DNA of 64,000 bases from a virus (taxonomy: Duplodnaviria; Caudoviricetes), in IMG/VR virus record IMGVR_UViG_2721755587_000002, one strand, 5' to 3'. Positions within the stretch are counted from its first letter, which is position 1. Every line of letters starts with the position of its first letter. Positions 1-9,716 of this stretch are shown piece after piece. The translations under genes and the position numbers were made by a program. The notes beneath the pieces are model-generated. The model had not been told where the DNA came from. It saw only the letters and a list, made by a program, of their open reading frames with translations, and searched no databases.

Positions 1-1005
1 ATGGCACACTTTACGAAGTCGGCATCCGGCTGGCGCGCGCAGGTGAAGGTGAAGGGCGTACGCGATTCCCGCATGTTCGACACGAAGGCCGAGGCGCAAG
101 CTTGGGCGGCCAAGCGCGAGACGGAAATGCGCTCGATCGAGTCGGGGATGGGCAGCAAGACCCACACGGTCGGCGACGTCCTGGACAAGTACCAGAAGGA
201 CGTCAGCCCGAAGAAGCGTGGCAGCCGGTGGGAGATCCTGCGGCTCGAGCTGATCGGTCGGAAGGAGATCGAGGGCAAGCCCTTCCGTGATATCCGCCTC
301 ATTGACCTCAAGCCGCATCACATCACCGCCTGGCGCGACGCCCGGGAGCGGGAGGTGGCAGGGGCCTCTGTATCGCGGGAGATGTCGTTGCTGTCGCACG
401 CTTTGAAGGTGGCGCGCGACGAGTGGGGCTTGCTCCTGACTGACCCGATGAAGACGGTAAGCCGTCCGCCGGACAGCCCGCCGCGCGAGCGGCGCATCAC
501 AGATGCCGAGGCAGGGTTGATCGTCCAGTCGCTGGGATTCCGGGAAGGGTTGCCGGTTGAACTGCCGGTGCAACGTGTGGCAGTCGCGTTCCTGTTCGCC
601 ATTGAGACGGCCATGCGGTCCGGCGAGATCCTGGGGCTCACCAGCCTGACGGTCGACAAGGTGGCCAAGGTGGCGCATCTGCCGTTGACCAAGAACGGCG
701 GCGCGCGCGACGTTCCTTTGTCATCGCGGGCGATTGAGTTGCTCGAGCTGCTGCCGGCGGTGGAGGCCGGCGAGCCGCTGTTCAATCTGTCGGACAAGAG
801 CAGGGATGCGCTGTTCAGGAAGGGCCGCGATCGGTCGGGCCTCAAGAACCTGACCTTCCACGACACACGGCACGAGGCTATCACGCGCCTGGCGAAGAAG
901 CTGCAGCCGCTGGCCCTGGCCCGGATGACCGGGCACACGGACCTGAATGAGCTCATGACCTACTACAACGAGTCGGCGACGGACATCGCCGCCATACTCG
1001 GTTAG
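1..1005 (+). CDS. int: Tyrosine recombinase (phage integrase)
   Basis: Catalytic motifs MRSGE, TKNG, HDTRH, MTGH and TYY. Confidence 0.95.
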   Translation: MAHFTKSASGWRAQVKVKGVRDSRMFDTKAEAQAWAAKRETEMRSIESGMGSKTHTVGDVLDKYQKDVSPKKRGSRWEILRLELIGRKEIEGKPFRDIRLIDLKPHHITAWRDAREREVAGASVSREMSLLSHALKVARDEWGLLLTDPMKTVSRPPDSPPRERRITDAEAGLIVQSLGFREGLPVELPVQRVAVAFLFAIETAMRSGEILGLTSLTVDKVAKVAHLPLTKNGGARDVPLSSRAIELLELLPAVEAGEPLFNLSDKSRDALFRKGRDRSGLKNLTFHDTRHEAITRLAKKLQPLALARMTGHTDLNELMTYYNESATDIAAILG

Positions 1006-1328
1006 TCGGTCCGGCGGGGGCGCCCGACCACTTTGTCGCGGTGCCCCTCCGTCCACGCGATCACCTCCGCCGCCTTCCACAGCGGCAGGCTCTTGCCCTT
1101 GTCCTTTTCCTCTTCGACACCCGCCTTCTTGGCGCGGGCCGCTGGCAGGCGGATAGCCTTGGGGAAATCGGGCAGCGTGACGATGCGCTCGCCCACTACG
1201 CGCGGCGAGCGTTGCAGGTAGGCGCCGATCATCTCCAGGTTCCACAACTGGACTGCCAAGGGCAGGGCGGGTTTTACCCGGGCGGCAACTGCGGCGGCCA
1301 GGCGCTCGATCAGATCCGACTCACTCAT
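1002..1328 (-). CDS. Excisionase-like DNA-binding protein
   Basis: Last gene of the leftward operon, convergent with int; wHTH-like 'FPKAIR...LWKAAEVIAW' and basic GRPR tail; GGAG before ATG 1328. Confidence 0.65.
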   Translation of the reverse strand: MSESDLIERLAAAVAARVKPALPLAVQLWNLEMIGAYLQRSPRVVGERIVTLPDFPKAIRLPAARAKKAGVEEEKDKGKSLPLWKAAEVIAWTEGHRDKVVGRPRRTD

Positions 1329-1388
1329 GCTGTTCTCCAATCCGCCAAGCCTGGCGGGTCAATTCGATGATTCGTTTTGCTGCGTCGT

Positions 1389-1604
1389 TCATTTGCCCTC
1401 GAATACGGCTCTGAGGCTGGCCGCGAGGGCGCGGTACTCGTCGCGGTCTCCCTTCTGGGCTTCGCTGCCCTCCCAGCGCCGGCCGCGCACGAATGTTTCG
1501 TCCATTTCACTGGCCAGGCGGTCCATCAGCTCGGCGGCGCGCCGGATTGCCTTTTCTTGTGTCGCGGTCATTCTTGTTTCACTCATCAGATTGGTAAATG
1601 CCAT
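1389..1604 (-). CDS. Hypothetical phage protein
   Basis: Abuts the DUF1643 gene in the operon; start uncertain. Confidence 0.5.
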   Translation of the reverse strand: MAFTNLMSETRMTATQEKAIRRAAELMDRLASEMDETFVRGRRWEGSEAQKGDRDEYRALAASLRAVFEGK

Positions 1605-2156
1605 TTACGCGTGTGATAGGTATCCACTGGCATCTGGCGTGAATGGCTGCGGCCGGACCTTGGCCGCGATGTACAGGGGGTGCTTCGGGCTACCGTCCTG
1701 GTTCAGCCCGAGGTGATGGAGCAGGGTGCCGCGCCCGCACATCCGGACGATGCGCAGCACCTCGGTCGCGCGCGCCGGCGCCGACTTGTGCGCGCCCCAG
1801 GCGCAGATCACCAGCGAGCAGCGGTCGAGCGCGTCCATGATGGCGCAGTCGTTCCGGTCGGCCTTGTCGCCCAGCGGTGCGGGGTGGGTCAGTAGGCCGG
1901 CTGGATCGGTCGAGCGCAGCGGGAACAGGTTCACCACCTCCAGGCGGCCATACTTGCCGGCCAGCGCGCGCTGCAGGCACCGCGTGATGGTCGGGTCGTT
2001 GACTTGGTGGTCTGCCGTCGACGGGTTGAGCATGATGAAGCCTAGGCCGGGGCGGCTGCGGTCCCACTCGCGCCAGAGGCGGAAGCGGTATTGCTCGCAG
2101 TCGGAGAGGATGGCGCCGGCCACGCCGTCGAGGGTCTGGGTCGTGAGGTGCTTCAT
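1605..2156 (-). CDS. DUF1643 family protein
   Basis: Motifs YRFRLWREW, FIMLNPSTAD, DPT, VNLF, AWG, PKHPLY. Confidence 0.9.
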   Translation of the reverse strand: MKHLTTQTLDGVAGAILSDCEQYRFRLWREWDRSRPGLGFIMLNPSTADHQVNDPTITRCLQRALAGKYGRLEVVNLFPLRSTDPAGLLTHPAPLGDKADRNDCAIMDALDRCSLVICAWGAHKSAPARATEVLRIVRMCGRGTLLHHLGLNQDGSPKHPLYIAAKVRPQPFTPDASGYLSHA

Positions 2157-2188
2157 GCTACGATCCTTTGAAACGAGGGGAGACGGCT

Positions 2189-2443
2189 ATGCATGAGAAG
2201 ACGCTTGCTTACAAGGGATTCACGGTCAAACTCGCCATTCCGGAGGCGGGTGCAACCGGAGGAACTCATGGCTCGGTGCAGATCTCCGGCCCAGAGACAA
2301 GTATCGGCGTTCGGTTCACACCGGACTGGATGCAGGCACCCAAAACGACTGAGGAAGCGGAAGCATGGCTCTTTGCATACGCGGCCGGTGCCATTGACTG
2401 TGAGTTGGCTGGTGGGTTCGGCATGGATCTCGGACATGAGTAG
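2189..2443 (+). CDS. Hypothetical protein (counter-oriented accessory gene)
   Basis: GAGGGGAG SD before ATG 2189; fills the gap between two minus-strand genes. Confidence 0.6.
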   Translation: MHEKTLAYKGFTVKLAIPEAGATGGTHGSVQISGPETSIGVRFTPDWMQAPKTTEEAEAWLFAYAAGAIDCELAGGFGMDLGHE

Positions 2444-2445
2444 GT

Positions 2446-3189
2446 TCACAGACGGACCTGCGTGAACTCAACCACCCACACCCATGGGTTCGCCGCCCAT
2501 GCGCCGGCGCCGTTGATGCTGTTCCACAGAGTGCGGTACGAATCGACCGGGTTCACGCACATCTGGCAACTCGGGTTGCCGTAGTCCGTCCAGCCGTCCA
2601 GTTCCGGCGCAATGCCTTCGGCGATCGCATCGGCCTCGCTGCAGTCGTTCAGCCGCTCGACGCGCACGCCCGTAACCTCCAGAAGTAGGCGCGATGCCCA
2701 GCGCGGCATATGCAGGGAAGGAACCTGCCGCCCTTTGATGGCCGCTTGCGGCATCGTCCATTCGTCTGCGACTTTCTCGCCATAGAACGTTTTGCCGTCA
2801 CCCCCGGCCTGGTATTCCACCCGTACCGTTTCGCAATCACACGCCATGTCGAAACAGGAATGCACGATGCGAGGATTCCATGTCTCGCGCACCCACAGGC
2901 GGTCGCCGGGGACGCCATAGGGTGAATGCTTCTCGGCGAACTGCTTCTGTCCCATGCAGTGATAGATGCCAGGCCGCTCGCATTCGGCTAAAACGCTGCC
3001 GCGCGCCGAGGTGGTCGGGGCGAAGTCCGGACAAACAAAAACGTCTCCTGCTTCCACGTCGCTAAAGCGCGGCGGGTTCGAGACGCTAACGTAGGGTTGG
3101 CGCTTCATTACGCGCCTCGTTTGCGCCTTCCGGCCGTCGAGGATGGCGCGTACCATGGCGCCAGAAAACAAGATCGGGAGTTCACGCAT
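2446..3189 (-). CDS. ASCH/PUA-like phage protein
   Basis: PILFSGAMVRAILDGRKAQTRR, GDRLWVRET, PSLHMPRWASR, WAANPWVWVVEF. Confidence 0.85.
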   Translation of the reverse strand: MRELPILFSGAMVRAILDGRKAQTRRVMKRQPYVSVSNPPRFSDVEAGDVFVCPDFAPTTSARGSVLAECERPGIYHCMGQKQFAEKHSPYGVPGDRLWVRETWNPRIVHSCFDMACDCETVRVEYQAGGDGKTFYGEKVADEWTMPQAAIKGRQVPSLHMPRWASRLLLEVTGVRVERLNDCSEADAIAEGIAPELDGWTDYGNPSCQMCVNPVDSYRTLWNSINGAGAWAANPWVWVVEFTQVRL

Positions 3190-3727
3190 GTACGCTGTCC
3201 TCTATTGGCTTGAGCAGCACGATAAGCTGTCTGGGTGGGTGCAGTTCCTTGGTGCCATGATCGGAATCTTTATCGCGATCGCTGTGCCGGCGGTGCAAAC
3301 GCATTCCTCGAAGAAGATGGATCGACGTGATAAAGCGCAAGCTCTTCGCGCAACGGTGGAAGTTATCCGGATCGGCGCCAAGCTCGCGACGACGGCGCAC
3401 ACGGCAGTGAAGGGTCCCACTCAGGGACGTACGTACTTCCCGAACGACTACGATCCGTCCCATTTCGCGCATGCGCTGCAGCTCCTCGATGGAATTGAGG
3501 TTCACCGTCTGCCGACGCCCGGTGCCGTCAAAGCGGTCGTGGATGCGCGGCACAGAATGAGCACATTCACAAATGCTGTAGGGGAGGGTTTTAGAGAGTT
3601 CGGTCATATTAATGAGGTATCTCAGGCCGTTTTGGACCGACTGGACGAGGCCCATACGGGGTTGGTGAAAGACGTCAACGAACTTTTGAACGAGTGCAGA
3701 GTGATCGAGCTTGGCCGCGCAAAGTGA
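3188..3727 (+). CDS. Hypothetical membrane-anchored protein (counter-oriented)
   Basis: N-terminal TM segment WVQFLGAMIGIFIAIAVPAV; lower GC; start uncertain. Confidence 0.65.
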   Translation: MYAVLYWLEQHDKLSGWVQFLGAMIGIFIAIAVPAVQTHSSKKMDRRDKAQALRATVEVIRIGAKLATTAHTAVKGPTQGRTYFPNDYDPSHFAHALQLLDGIEVHRLPTPGAVKAVVDARHRMSTFTNAVGEGFREFGHINEVSQAVLDRLDEAHTGLVKDVNELLNECRVIELGRAK

Positions 3728-3759
3728 TTCGTGCGACAACGCCAGAGTTGAGGTAGCCC

Positions 3760-4647
3760 TCATCGCGTCGCCTCCGGGAATCCATCGTGCTGCGCGCCGT
3801 CGAGCAGGCGGCCGGCGGCCTTCTTGCCCACGCGGGCAGGCGAGTCGCTGGCGTTCAGCTCGATAGGGTCGTGGTCATGGCTGCCGTCTTGGCCCGGCCC
3901 GAGCCACTCGCCCCACTGCTTGAATAGGAACGCCACGCCGGCTGCCGCGCATTGGTCGCGCAAGCTCCGCGCCCAATCCGGATGCATCGGCCGCGCGCCG
4001 GCGCCGCTCTCGCCGCCGACAATCACCCAGCCAATCGGCAGTGGTCCCCGCCAAGCGGCACGCATCCACATGCGCAAATCGACCGGCCCCAGCAGCGGCT
4101 CCATGCTCAGGAATCGCACCGACGCCGGCACCGCCAGCAGCTTCGGAATGTCGCGGTCGGCTTCCTCCTGGTTGCAGATGGTGGCGCCGAGCCAGACGTT
4201 GGGCAGGTAGTTGTCGCGCCAGCCCTCGCGGCCAACCGTGAGCGCGCGCATGGCCTGTTCCAGCATCTCCGCGGCGTTGCCGATGCGCTTCGTCAGCAGC
4301 AGCCAATCCAAGTTGGGGGTCTCGACGATCAGCCGGAGCAGGTCAAAGCGCCATTGCGCGCTGACGGCGTTGTCGAACACATCAGCCAAGCTGGCGCAGA
4401 AGACGCGCCGACGGCGGCCATGCGTAGCGAAGAACGCGTCGTGCTGGGCGTTCCAGCGGTGCGGCAGTTTCCAGTTGGCGGCCGATGTGCGGTGGCGGTC
4501 TTCCTTGGCGCCCCAGGTCACGCCCAGCGCGCGCGCCGGCGTCGAAACTTCGGCATAGCAGTGGTCGCACGCGGGCGAAACCTTCGTGCATCCAATCCAC
4601 GGGTTGAACGTGGCGTCGGTCCACTCGATTTTGGTCGTTTCACTCAT
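3760..4647 (-). CDS. DUF5131 / Gp37Gp68 family protein (radical-SAM-like three-Cys motif)
   Basis: TKIEWTDATFNPWIGCTKVSPACDHCYA, LLTKR, VRFLSMEPLLG, WVIVGGESG, FKQWG. Confidence 0.92.
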   Translation of the reverse strand: MSETTKIEWTDATFNPWIGCTKVSPACDHCYAEVSTPARALGVTWGAKEDRHRTSAANWKLPHRWNAQHDAFFATHGRRRRVFCASLADVFDNAVSAQWRFDLLRLIVETPNLDWLLLTKRIGNAAEMLEQAMRALTVGREGWRDNYLPNVWLGATICNQEEADRDIPKLLAVPASVRFLSMEPLLGPVDLRMWMRAAWRGPLPIGWVIVGGESGAGARPMHPDWARSLRDQCAAAGVAFLFKQWGEWLGPGQDGSHDHDPIELNASDSPARVGKKAAGRLLDGAQHDGFPEATR

Positions 4648-4682
4648 GACGGCTCCCTCAAGGTTTGGACGCCACAGCCGAT

Positions 4683-4979
4683 ATGGCAGGCATGGACGAA
4701 ATTCACAAAGAACTGGCCGATCTGCTCGGCCAAGAGCAGGCGAGCCTCACCATGGCCAAGGTCGACGCCCTTTCCGACATACTGAAAGCGGAGATGGGCA
4801 GCTTCAATGCCATCCGAGTTGCCCAAGGCAGGCCCACTCTCCAAGAGGAAATGGATGAGGCAATCGCCTATGTTCGTGAGATGGTCGCCAACGGAGAGGC
4901 CCGCAAAGAGGACTATCCCGAACTCTTCGAGGATGAGTGCCCGGATGCCGATGAGACGGGATCCGCCGATCAAACATAG
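4683..4979 (+). CDS. Hypothetical acidic protein (counter-oriented)
   Basis: Fills the gap between minus-strand genes; start may be 4683 or 4692. Confidence 0.55.
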   Translation: MAGMDEIHKELADLLGQEQASLTMAKVDALSDILKAEMGSFNAIRVAQGRPTLQEEMDEAIAYVREMVANGEARKEDYPELFEDECPDADETGSADQT

Positions 4980-4981
4980 CT

Positions 4982-6766
4982 TCACGCTGCCTCCCCCACG
5001 TTTGCCACACTCAACGCCACCGCCACCGGCCGCACCCAAATCGGCGTGGCTGACAACCTGAACGTATCTCCAGTCTCGGCCAGCAGCAGGGTCGTGCCCA
5101 TCACCTCCGCGATCGCCTGTGCGGCGTCGGGCGGTACCGCATTGCCGATCCGCTCGCGCCAGGCCTGATCGCTCAGGCCGTCCAGCTCGAGATATTCCTC
5201 TGGCTCAACCAGCGACTGCAGGCAGGCCAGTTCGAACGTGGTGAAAGGGCGGTGCCAGGTGCCGTCCAGCGCGCGGATGATCGCGATCAGCTTGTCATTC
5301 GCCGCGGGCAGACGCGGGTCCGCCACCGACCAGCGGCCATTGTCGTGGCCCGCAGCCGCGGACACCGCGCCGCTCGGCTGTTCCCAACCCACCACGCCAT
5401 AGTGGCCACCGGTCAGGTAGTGGTCGCCGGGCTCGCGGCGCATGCCGGGGCGCGGATCGGCAACGGCATAGGCGCCCTGACCTGTCGTGCTGCCAGAGAT
5501 CACCGTGCCTGCGGCGCTATCCCAAGGCGTCACCGCGTACTTGCCAAAGGTCGGCCCGGCCCGGCGCGGGTCCTGTACACACTGACCTGTTCCGTGAGCA
5601 CTGGTGACCGCGCCGGCAGCCTGGTCCCACGGCACGATCCGGAACTCGTTGTTGTGCTTGGCCGGACCCGGGTGGCGCGGGTCGGCCACGCTGAACGTCC
5701 CCTGGCCGGGCGACTTGACGCCGATGATGGCGCCGGACGTCTCGCCCCAGCGCAGCACGCCATACTGCTGGTACTGAGCAGCGTTCGCCGGGCCGCGAGG
5801 ATCCGCTACGCTGAACGTGCCGTTCGTCGGCCCGCTGCGACCAGCGACGGTTCCGCTGGGCTCGTCCCATCGATTCACTCCCATGTAGCCGTCGCGATAT
5901 TCCGGCACGATCAGGTAATCACGCAGGCGCCCATCCTCGACCGCCAGCTTGTTCAGGCTGCGCCAGTCGCTGCCGGCCTCGACAAACGCGAGCCGCACCC
6001 ACGTCTTCCACTGCAACGATGGCACCCGGTGCATCGGCCCCGCCGCGGTATCGCCGGGCATCGGCATGCGGCCCAACACTGTGCCGACGCCCTGCAGACG
6101 GTGAATCTCGGGCTCGTACAGGAACGCCGGCACCTGTTCCATGTGCCGCGCCACCATCAGGAAGCGCTTGCGGCTCTGGGCCAGCTTGCCGATCTGGCCA
6201 CAGTCGTGGGTCGTCTCGTTCACGGCATAGCCGTAGTACCGCAGGATTTGGTTGATCTGGTCCAGCAGGTGCCGGCCCCGCGTGGCGAGCCGCGGCACGT
6301 TCTCGAAGACGATCAGCTTGACGGGATTGTCCTTCCAGGCTTCGCACATCAGCCACACGCAGCGCAGCGTCAACTCGTTGAGCGCCTGGTACTTCGGCGT
6401 GCGGCTCAGGGCCTCGGACAGCAGCCCGGATGCGCCCTTGCACGGCGACGAGATGAACACGCAATCGGGCGTCTCGTTGCCGGCGGCGCGCCGGATGTCG
6501 GCGGCCGTGGCCTCACGCCAGCCTACCGGCGGCTCTTTGCCGTGGAAGGCGGTGTACATGGCCCGCGTGAACAGGTCCATGACCGTGCACTTCACGCCGA
6601 CGAGCTGCTCGAAGTCACGCGCGGCAGCTGGGTCGACGTCGATGCCGCCGATGCACTTCCAGGTGGCCACCATGTTGCCCACCTGCGAGGCAGCCTTCTT
6701 GAAGCCCTTGGCGCCGCCACCGAGTCCGCAGCAGAAGCCGAACGTCTTGTATTCGCGGCGGATCAT
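4982..6766 (-). CDS. C5-cytosine DNA methyltransferase with repeated variable region
   Basis: Motif I FCCGLGG, motif IV SSPC, motif VI ENV, motif VIII QSRKR, motif X IGNAVPP. Confidence 0.92.
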   Translation of the reverse strand: MIRREYKTFGFCCGLGGGAKGFKKAASQVGNMVATWKCIGGIDVDPAAARDFEQLVGVKCTVMDLFTRAMYTAFHGKEPPVGWREATAADIRRAAGNETPDCVFISSPCKGASGLLSEALSRTPKYQALNELTLRCVWLMCEAWKDNPVKLIVFENVPRLATRGRHLLDQINQILRYYGYAVNETTHDCGQIGKLAQSRKRFLMVARHMEQVPAFLYEPEIHRLQGVGTVLGRMPMPGDTAAGPMHRVPSLQWKTWVRLAFVEAGSDWRSLNKLAVEDGRLRDYLIVPEYRDGYMGVNRWDEPSGTVAGRSGPTNGTFSVADPRGPANAAQYQQYGVLRWGETSGAIIGVKSPGQGTFSVADPRHPGPAKHNNEFRIVPWDQAAGAVTSAHGTGQCVQDPRRAGPTFGKYAVTPWDSAAGTVISGSTTGQGAYAVADPRPGMRREPGDHYLTGGHYGVVGWEQPSGAVSAAAGHDNGRWSVADPRLPAANDKLIAIIRALDGTWHRPFTTFELACLQSLVEPEEYLELDGLSDQAWRERIGNAVPPDAAQAIAEVMGTTLLLAETGDTFRLSATPIWVRPVAVALSVANVGEAA

Positions 6767-6879
6767 GTGCGTGCCTCGTTGTAGGAGAAATTCTCGTTGT
6801 GGGCGAGCTCATTTCCTACATCCGACCTGCAACCCAAAGCGTATCCTGAAGGAAGGCGTAGGTTGAATAGGAGAGTCTT

Positions 6880-7080
6880 ATGAAGCCCATTCTTGTGTTG
6901 CTGGCCGCCTCCGTTGCATTGCTGAGCGGCTGCGTTGTGGCCCCCTATGGAGACGAGCATCGGGGTGGTGGTGGGTATTACGGCGGCGATGGCCGAGGAG
7001 ACCACGGCGATCGCGACCGGGGCGATCACCGGGACTACGGTGGTGACAGAGACCGGGGGCAGGGCGGGCAGCGCTATTAG
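6880..7080 (+). CDS. Small Gly/Asp/Arg-rich lipoprotein
   Basis: Lipobox LLSGC; AGGAG SD. Confidence 0.75.
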   Translation: MKPILVLLAASVALLSGCVVAPYGDEHRGGGGYYGGDGRGDHGDRDRGDHRDYGGDRDRGQGGQRY

Positions 7081-7106
7081 CGCCGCACTAGCGAGGACGT
7101 TGGGAG

Positions 7107-7631
7107 TCACGCGCGGTCCTTTTTGTTGAGCGAGTAGGCCACGCCGGCGCACTTCGTCCTGTACTGAAGCGGCTTCGGTAGGTGCTGCATGTCGACCGTC
7201 GGATGCGCCAGCGCGTCGATTTGCTCGCACGGCCACATGCGGTCAGTGTCGCGCTCGCAAATGCTTGTCGCCTCGTCTAGCGTGTACTTGCCTGCCTCGT
7301 TAAGGCGCGTCACATAGCCGCTGCGATTCTTGCCCCACCACATCACGCAGTTGCCGACGAACTGGCGGGTGTCCTGCACGTAGAACATCGACTCTACGGG
7401 CGACGGTGCTTGGCGTGGCGCCGGCTCGGCCTCTGACGGCGCCCGGTGGTTCCAGGCGGCAATGGCTTCGGCTTCCGACCTGTATTGCAGGGCGATGGCC
7501 TGCCCGTAGCACAGCACGCCCGGGGCCATGTAGGTTGTGCAGCCAGCGGCGTACCAATCGCCGCTTGTTTTCGTGGCAGCCGGTTGTCCGCAGAAGGGGC
7601 ACGGATTCAGCTTCTGCGCGTGCTCACTCAT
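7107..7631 (-). CDS. lar: Lar-family restriction-alleviation domain fused to an unknown C-terminal domain
   Basis: LNPCPFCG...C...C...EAIAAWNHR pattern; GGAGG SD. Confidence 0.75.
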   Translation of the reverse strand: MSEHAQKLNPCPFCGQPAATKTSGDWYAAGCTTYMAPGVLCYGQAIALQYRSEAEAIAAWNHRAPSEAEPAPRQAPSPVESMFYVQDTRQFVGNCVMWWGKNRSGYVTRLNEAGKYTLDEATSICERDTDRMWPCEQIDALAHPTVDMQHLPKPLQYRTKCAGVAYSLNKKDRA

Positions 7632-8229
7632 GGCCGCCTCCATCTGCAGTTGCGGCATCGACGCACTTCCGAACCGTCTCGATTGTGAGCTTCCCTTGGC
7701 CCCGGAATGCTGCGCGAATGCGTTGCTGCCTTTCCGTCAGTGATTCACCGTTCGCGTCGGCTACCAGGGCGCCGACGAACGCCACGAAGCGCTTCGCGTC
7801 GCGGTTGGTCCCGGTGGGCTGCTCTGCCCCTGACTCAGCCGCTTCGATGGCCGCATAAGCACGCTCAACGGCAGGGCCTGTACTGGCTTCCAGCGGGTCT
7901 TCGTAGAAAACGTCAAGTAGGTCCTTGATAACCGTGACGAGGGCACCATGGGTGGCCACCTTCGCCAGAACGCCGGCCGCGTCCGGCCGATTGAACAGCA
8001 TCATGGCGAAGTTACCGACATCGACAGGGTCACCCTTGGGAACGTGGTCCATGAGCAGGTACGCCAGGCGGTTCGGCGGGCACTGCGCAGGGTCGTCCCA
8101 GCCACCGCGCCCCTTCGCGCGGCTTGCGGCCATCTTTGCCTTCATGGCGACCGCGAAGCGGTCCACGGCAGCATCATCAGGATGCTGCGCGCTCGCCGTC
8201 AGTGCTTGGGTATCTGTTTGCTGGCTCAC
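7624..8229 (-). CDS. Hypothetical phage protein
   Basis: GTG 8229 with AAGGA SD; motif HPDDAAVDRFAVAMKAKM...KGDPVDVGNFAMM. Confidence 0.75.
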   Translation of the reverse strand: MSQQTDTQALTASAQHPDDAAVDRFAVAMKAKMAASRAKGRGGWDDPAQCPPNRLAYLLMDHVPKGDPVDVGNFAMMLFNRPDAAGVLAKVATHGALVTVIKDLLDVFYEDPLEASTGPAVERAYAAIEAAESGAEQPTGTNRDAKRFVAFVGALVADANGESLTERQQRIRAAFRGQGKLTIETVRKCVDAATADGGGHE

Positions 8230-8348
8230 TTCGGTTCCTTGTTGTCGCCTGCCATCTTCTTGAGCAGGCGGTACTGGGCGTAGCCACCGATCACCAGGCA
8301 GATGAGCATGCCGGCGACGGTGACGACCAATGCAACGTGGCAGTTCAT
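8226..8348 (-). CDS. 40-aa single-TM microprotein (not in ORF track)
   Basis: MNCHVALVVTVAGMLICLVIGGYAQYRLLKKMAGDNKEPK; ATGA/GTGA overlaps with both neighbours. Confidence 0.7.
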   Translation of the reverse strand: MNCHVALVVTVAGMLICLVIGGYAQYRLLKKMAGDNKEPK

Positions 8349-8962
8349 GCCGCCGTGGAGAGATGCCGCTTGATGCCGTAGTACACGGTGCGGCATGCTG
8401 CCAGGTCGACGGCGGCGTTGTGCGCGCCCACCAGCTCGGTGCCGGTGAAGTGCCTGAAGGCCTCGCCCAGGTTCGGCGACTTGGGCGTGCGCCGGCCGGC
8501 GGCCAGCATCTTCTCGGTCGGCGGCAGGTTGATGATCTTGGTGCTCTTCGACTGCGTACAGAACGCGGGGGCGGTCTTCCAGTCCTCGTGGATCGGCGCG
8601 TCATGGTCGAGCTGGCGCATCATCTCGATACGCACCATCCGCATGTCGAATGACTCGTTGTGTGCAACGCGCAGATCCGCTTTGCGCCACAGGCCAAGGA
8701 AGAGCGCCAACGCCTTCTCGATGGGCACGCCGAACTGGACGGCCTTCTCGTTGGTGATGCCGGTCAGCGCTTCGAGTTCTTCGGGGATCGTCCAGCCATC
8801 GGGCTTGATCAGCAGGTCCATGAAGGCCAGCGTGGTCCCGGTATCTTCGTCGTGCAGTTCGGCCGCAATCTGCGTGATGTGCGGCTGGCTGGGGTCTTCG
8901 CTGGGCAGGCTCCATTGCGGCAGGCCGGAGGTCTCGGTGTCGTAGAAGAGGATGGGCGTCAT
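8345..8962 (-). CDS. DEDDh 3'-5' exonuclease (DnaQ-like)
   Basis: ExoI DTETSG, ExoII AHNESFD, ExoIII AHNAAVD. Confidence 0.92.
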   Translation of the reverse strand: MTPILFYDTETSGLPQWSLPSEDPSQPHITQIAAELHDEDTGTTLAFMDLLIKPDGWTIPEELEALTGITNEKAVQFGVPIEKALALFLGLWRKADLRVAHNESFDMRMVRIEMMRQLDHDAPIHEDWKTAPAFCTQSKSTKIINLPPTEKMLAAGRRTPKSPNLGEAFRHFTGTELVGAHNAAVDLAACRTVYYGIKRHLSTAA

Positions 8963-9019
8963 GATCTCGTTCCTGTGGGGGTAGCGGTGGTTGGTGCTGC
9001 TGTTCTCTCGGCGCCTGTC

Positions 9020-9334
9020 TCAGCGCCGCACGGTCATGCAAAGCGCTTCAAAGTGGCGCAGGCCAGCTTCCCAGCCCTTGAGTTCGCCGCGACCGACAAT
9101 GCGTTCGGGTCGCGGCTCGCTGCTGCCCGGCGCGGCGACGAAGAACACGCGGGTGGTGCCGTCGACGCCGCTGCGGATCAGCTCGTTTGCGTGCAGGTCG
9201 TCCAGCACCTCGCGCGCCTCGGCGTTGCTGCGCTTGAAGTTGTTCGCGATCTGCGTCGGCGTGAAGTGCTGGCCCGTGCGTTCCTGCAGATAGGCCAGCA
9301 CCGACTTGCGGGTGAATTTCATGGCGCGCGGCAT
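9020..9334 (-). CDS. Winged-HTH protein
   Basis: FTPTQIANNFKRSNAEAREVLDDL; TGATG coupling to alpA. Confidence 0.6.
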   Translation of the reverse strand: MPRAMKFTRKSVLAYLQERTGQHFTPTQIANNFKRSNAEAREVLDDLHANELIRSGVDGTTRVFFVAAPGSSEPRPERIVGRGELKGWEAGLRHFEALCMTVRR

Positions 9335-9537
9335 CAGTGATCTCCCCGCGTGGCTTTGATCTGCGCGTCGATCCACGCTTGGATCTCTTCCTCGATCCAG
9401 CCGCTGGCGCGGCCGAGCTTGATCGGGGAAGGAAACTTCTTCTCCCTGATCCGCTCGTGGATGGCGCCCTCGCTCAGGCCGACAAGGGTGCGGACCTCGG
9501 GCATTCGGATGATTCGACGTTGCGGTGCCGTGTTCAC
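9334..9537 (-). CDS. alpA: AlpA-family regulator
   Basis: IIRMPEV...GLSEGAIHERIREKKFPSPIKLGRASGWIEEEIQAWI. Confidence 0.9.
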   Translation of the reverse strand: MNTAPQRRIIRMPEVRTLVGLSEGAIHERIREKKFPSPIKLGRASGWIEEEIQAWIDAQIKATRGDH

Positions 9538-9716
9538 GAGAAGTGCCTCCCATGCAGTTCGTCCAGCTTGTCGACCTGGTCGCCGCTGAGCTTCGTCACC
9601 TCGCCGGCGTGCATGCGTGTCGCAAGCGAGCGCACGAAGCTGGTTTCCCGGGCGTTCAGGTCTTTGGTGCCCAACAGCCCTTCCAGGCGCTGGATCATCA
9701 CGGTCGTGCTCACCAT
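9534..9716 (-). CDS. Hypothetical phage protein
   Basis: Coupled at both ends; MVSTTVMIQRLEGLLGTKDL... Confidence 0.7.
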   Translation of the reverse strand: MVSTTVMIQRLEGLLGTKDLNARETSFVRSLATRMHAGEVTKLSGDQVDKLDELHGRHFS

